This document shows positions 62,801 to 64,000 of a DNA stretch of 64,000 nt, one piece after another; positions within the stretch are counted from its first letter, which is position 1; the number at the start of each line of letters is the position of its first letter. The notes under the pieces were generated by a model. It had not been told where the DNA came from. It ran no database searches and worked only from the letters and a program-made list of their open reading frames with translations. The translations under genes and the position numbers were made by a program. The DNA comes from Paramoeba atlantica. Its lineage: Eukaryota; Protista; Discosea. The stretch is taken from positions 558,001-622,000 of the forward strand of contig CDRNVI010000053.1 of NCBI GenBank assembly GCA_977017575.1, given 5' to 3'.

Positions 62801-63068
62801 AGAAAATATGCCGCGCAGCGAAGATATCTCAGCAGTAGCATCTCTTTTGATGAACAACGAGAATGCAGCTTTAGATAGCGAGATAATCGATCACACAAAT
62901 TCCTCCGTATTTTGGCTAGAGATGCGGAACGCACCATCCCGTTTTTGTGACATATGGTATAGTGTAATTGGTATCAAGAACGCGGTACTGGAATTCGTGC
63001 GGGGCTGTTTCGTCCATGCGGGTCGCTTTGTGACCTACTTACGATCCAATAGGTACTATCATCGATAG
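59859..63068 (+). CDS. CPA1 Na+/H+ antiporter (SOS1/SLC9C-like) with a cNMP-binding-like C-terminal region
   Basis: FFPVLIFEASF, GSILSATDPVA, LLDGESVLNDG, SGLRGAVAL; later FLISGKV..GEGMVFGE. Likely start is the ATG at 59907. Confidence 0.88.
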   Translation: MLLRFSIRDRSQYKTEMSAVDDVLASYIEPKPYLFLFIGTTLLVGACVKHFGIGSRIPYTIIMFILGALSGLLADFWSGFRPFVSSIEHIPPNYIFYIFFPVLIFEASFNSDIPVLRAMWKPVMLLAFPGVLLVTYLTAMILKFIMYPEWTWPTALLYGSILSATDPVATIAVLRELGADKYIRTLLDGESVLNDGCAILLYSIFLPSAVAGEWHMSVAGACAQFLKLLVGAILVGLLFGYVLVRWLQQAKENIVEITLTYIISVLAYFFADDICKVSGVFTLAVMGFCFAYRRYVIQPSNARTLNAIWDVLVHVANTVLFTMTGVLVTREGFQGMTGRDLGMCVFLYIVLQLTRGLMLLVAWPFLNFSRHVTWNEWVLLVHSGLRGAVALTLTLAVRHDHRLPKVVRHTFLFLTAGSVILTLLVNGLTVRPLLNWIGSQCGKGPNFAADRKELHYAAQDLVRTLDFKIYELGMNEMFQSTNVGFLRDEKNRLLRSFHPLLHEIPDVTVSKELDSARRIYMRVFESLLLDRDNQSLITCDAFHILLHGAQKSIEERRIMVLEDFIWTHSGLHVFYYLRSFIQRLVKDQRGSSLPSRLWLRFQLIMAYSMILPKLAHNFSLQNFIHPLVRSGLKQIVRSQLKRAEILVDSFKLQHPELSVKFHTLLAHRLMVHTASERLRVLQHRGTISIENYIAVETVLKNLPRTCGLCMDVTYSNIGAVLRQNKSLASLSEDELQILEEDAFIQCCESESPIPCIAGQLAFLISGKVRHSFTDVQLGEGMVFGESCTNLAKLFDLVPTNHMYVCHSDSVFLILTRKKICSFASSNKILSDSLLALEALKCVLPCLSQSSPSINWNNEQRWLALRESVLYNVGDANSCLQFDLSTASFFLLCGRSACGYYAHDGTPIEIVMANRHPVTEHSSNFAEFLNFETFLTLEWEANSQFLIFPLDLKQNPLWGVTDSLRKVISVHQDAHMRNPFSEENMPRSEDISAVASLLMNNENAALDSEIIDHTNSSVFWLEMRNAPSRFCDIWYSVIGIKNAVLEFVRGCFVHAGRFVTYLRSNRYYHR

Positions 63069-63276
63069 ATAGCAGATACCCCTATAATTCTCACCCCTTT
63101 TGTCTTCAGTTCTTCCCGTTTTGTTAGTCGTCGTGTTTCACTTTACCTCAGAAGTAAATTGTAGAAGCAAACAACTTCATGTGCATTTATCTTGCTTCTT
63201 CTTTGTCCTTAACTTACACTTTCTTAGTTCTCAATTGATACTCACAAGAGCATCACGTACATGTATTTCTTACCCA

Positions 63277-64000
63277 ATGCTTACCAGTACGTCCCATACA
63301 AGAATCTCCGTCGCCTCTCCTATCCTTCATCCACGAGATGCACAAGTTAGTGACCGTAACTCCGGGAAGATATCGTCTTACACAACTCCGGTCCCATCGG
63401 ATGCGCAGCTTATTCGCAAAGAGGAGGAAGGTGGGATGGAGGTAATCATGTATCTACAGTACGTGGGCGGACGCGCGAACGTTTCAGATGTAGAGCAAAA
63501 TGTTCGTTGGATTGAGAAGTTCGACTCTTCATGCGGGACACTCTTAAAATTTCTGGAGCAACGTCCTCACATATTTGCGCTCTCTGCTGACAACGAAATG
63601 GTTACGGCCATTAGTCGCAGCATAAATCCAGAGACAACGAAACGTGCCCCGCTTCCCCGAGACAAATCACGACAAAGACAGACTCCTGCAGCTCACGGAA
63701 AAGTGGGATCGATGTGTGTTGCCGCATCGATTGATTTGGAAGAACTTCAACGGAGGTTCAAGCGCCTGGATTATTCTAGTGTTCTTGCAACCAAAGTGCT
63801 ACATGTTACAAACAGAGGTCCGACCTCGAACAGTGTTGACTTGCAAGGAAATCAAGACAAGTTTGATCTGTTCGTTTTCTCGTACGGGTCGCTTGTGTGG
63901 TGGGGTACTGATATAAGCTCCTTTCGTATGATTGAAAATGATTTTTTACGGCGAGGTACCGCACTAGAACATGTAATAAAGGATCGATATAGGCAGTCCT
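63277..64000 (+). CDS. Second DUF155-family paralogue, 3'-truncated by the window edge
   Basis: Open frame from the ATG at 63277 to the end (not in the ORF track). GKVGSMCVAASIDLEEL..VLHVTN..DLFVFSYGSLVWWGTD closely parallels 57904..59604. Confidence 0.85.
   Translation, partial: MLTSTSHTRISVASPILHPRDAQVSDRNSGKISSYTTPVPSDAQLIRKEEEGGMEVIMYLQYVGGRANVSDVEQNVRWIEKFDSSCGTLLKFLEQRPHIFALSADNEMVTAISRSINPETTKRAPLPRDKSRQRQTPAAHGKVGSMCVAASIDLEELQRRFKRLDYSSVLATKVLHVTNRGPTSNSVDLQGNQDKFDLFVFSYGSLVWWGTDISSFRMIENDFLRRGTALEHVIKDRYRQS

Noticed and set aside
1-64000. Spliced-leader RNA, rRNA or telomeric repeats
   Set aside because: No AACTAACGCT/CAGTTTCTGTACT SL motif, conserved rRNA segment or TTAGGG array was seen on reading.

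Overview
Eukaryotic, intron-free, roughly 40% GC DNA. About 30 protein genes all lie on the + strand, and several have pyrimidine-tract/AG sites upstream, which is the polycistronic, trans-spliced layout of kinetoplastids. U-indel editosome homologues (a KREX1/KREX2-type exonuclease and a KREPB-type U1-zinc-finger/degenerate RNase III protein) support that assignment. The LPxxLxxLxLxxNxFxG LRR protein and the class II transposons point, by inference only, to a non-trypanosomatid lineage such as a Perkinsela-like prokinetoplastid. Housekeeping genes: SYF1 (partial), MSH2, ABCF3/GCN20, YTM1/WDR12, PHF5A, QTRT1, proteasome beta4, a spastin-like AAA ATPase, a Na+/H+ antiporter and two DUF155 paralogues. 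Accessory DNA: a TIR- and TA-bounded pogo element (6218-8179) and a transposon island at about 18.0-21.5 kb (Tc1 relic with a foldback of its start codon, pogo-type MITE, hAT relic). Most unusual signals: (1) GC-rich islands inside coding genes that flip sharply from C-rich to G-rich around a central point and rewrite synonymous codons and protein composition; (2) three copies of a 61-bp hairpin that fits kinetoplastid single-hairpin AGA-box H/ACA guide RNAs; (3) two multi-RanBP2-zinc-finger paralogues near editosome genes; (4) several catalytically degenerate enzyme homologues, a BRCT-spastin fusion and a candidate Sororin-like C-terminus. All family assignments come from motif recognition by eye; no database search was run.
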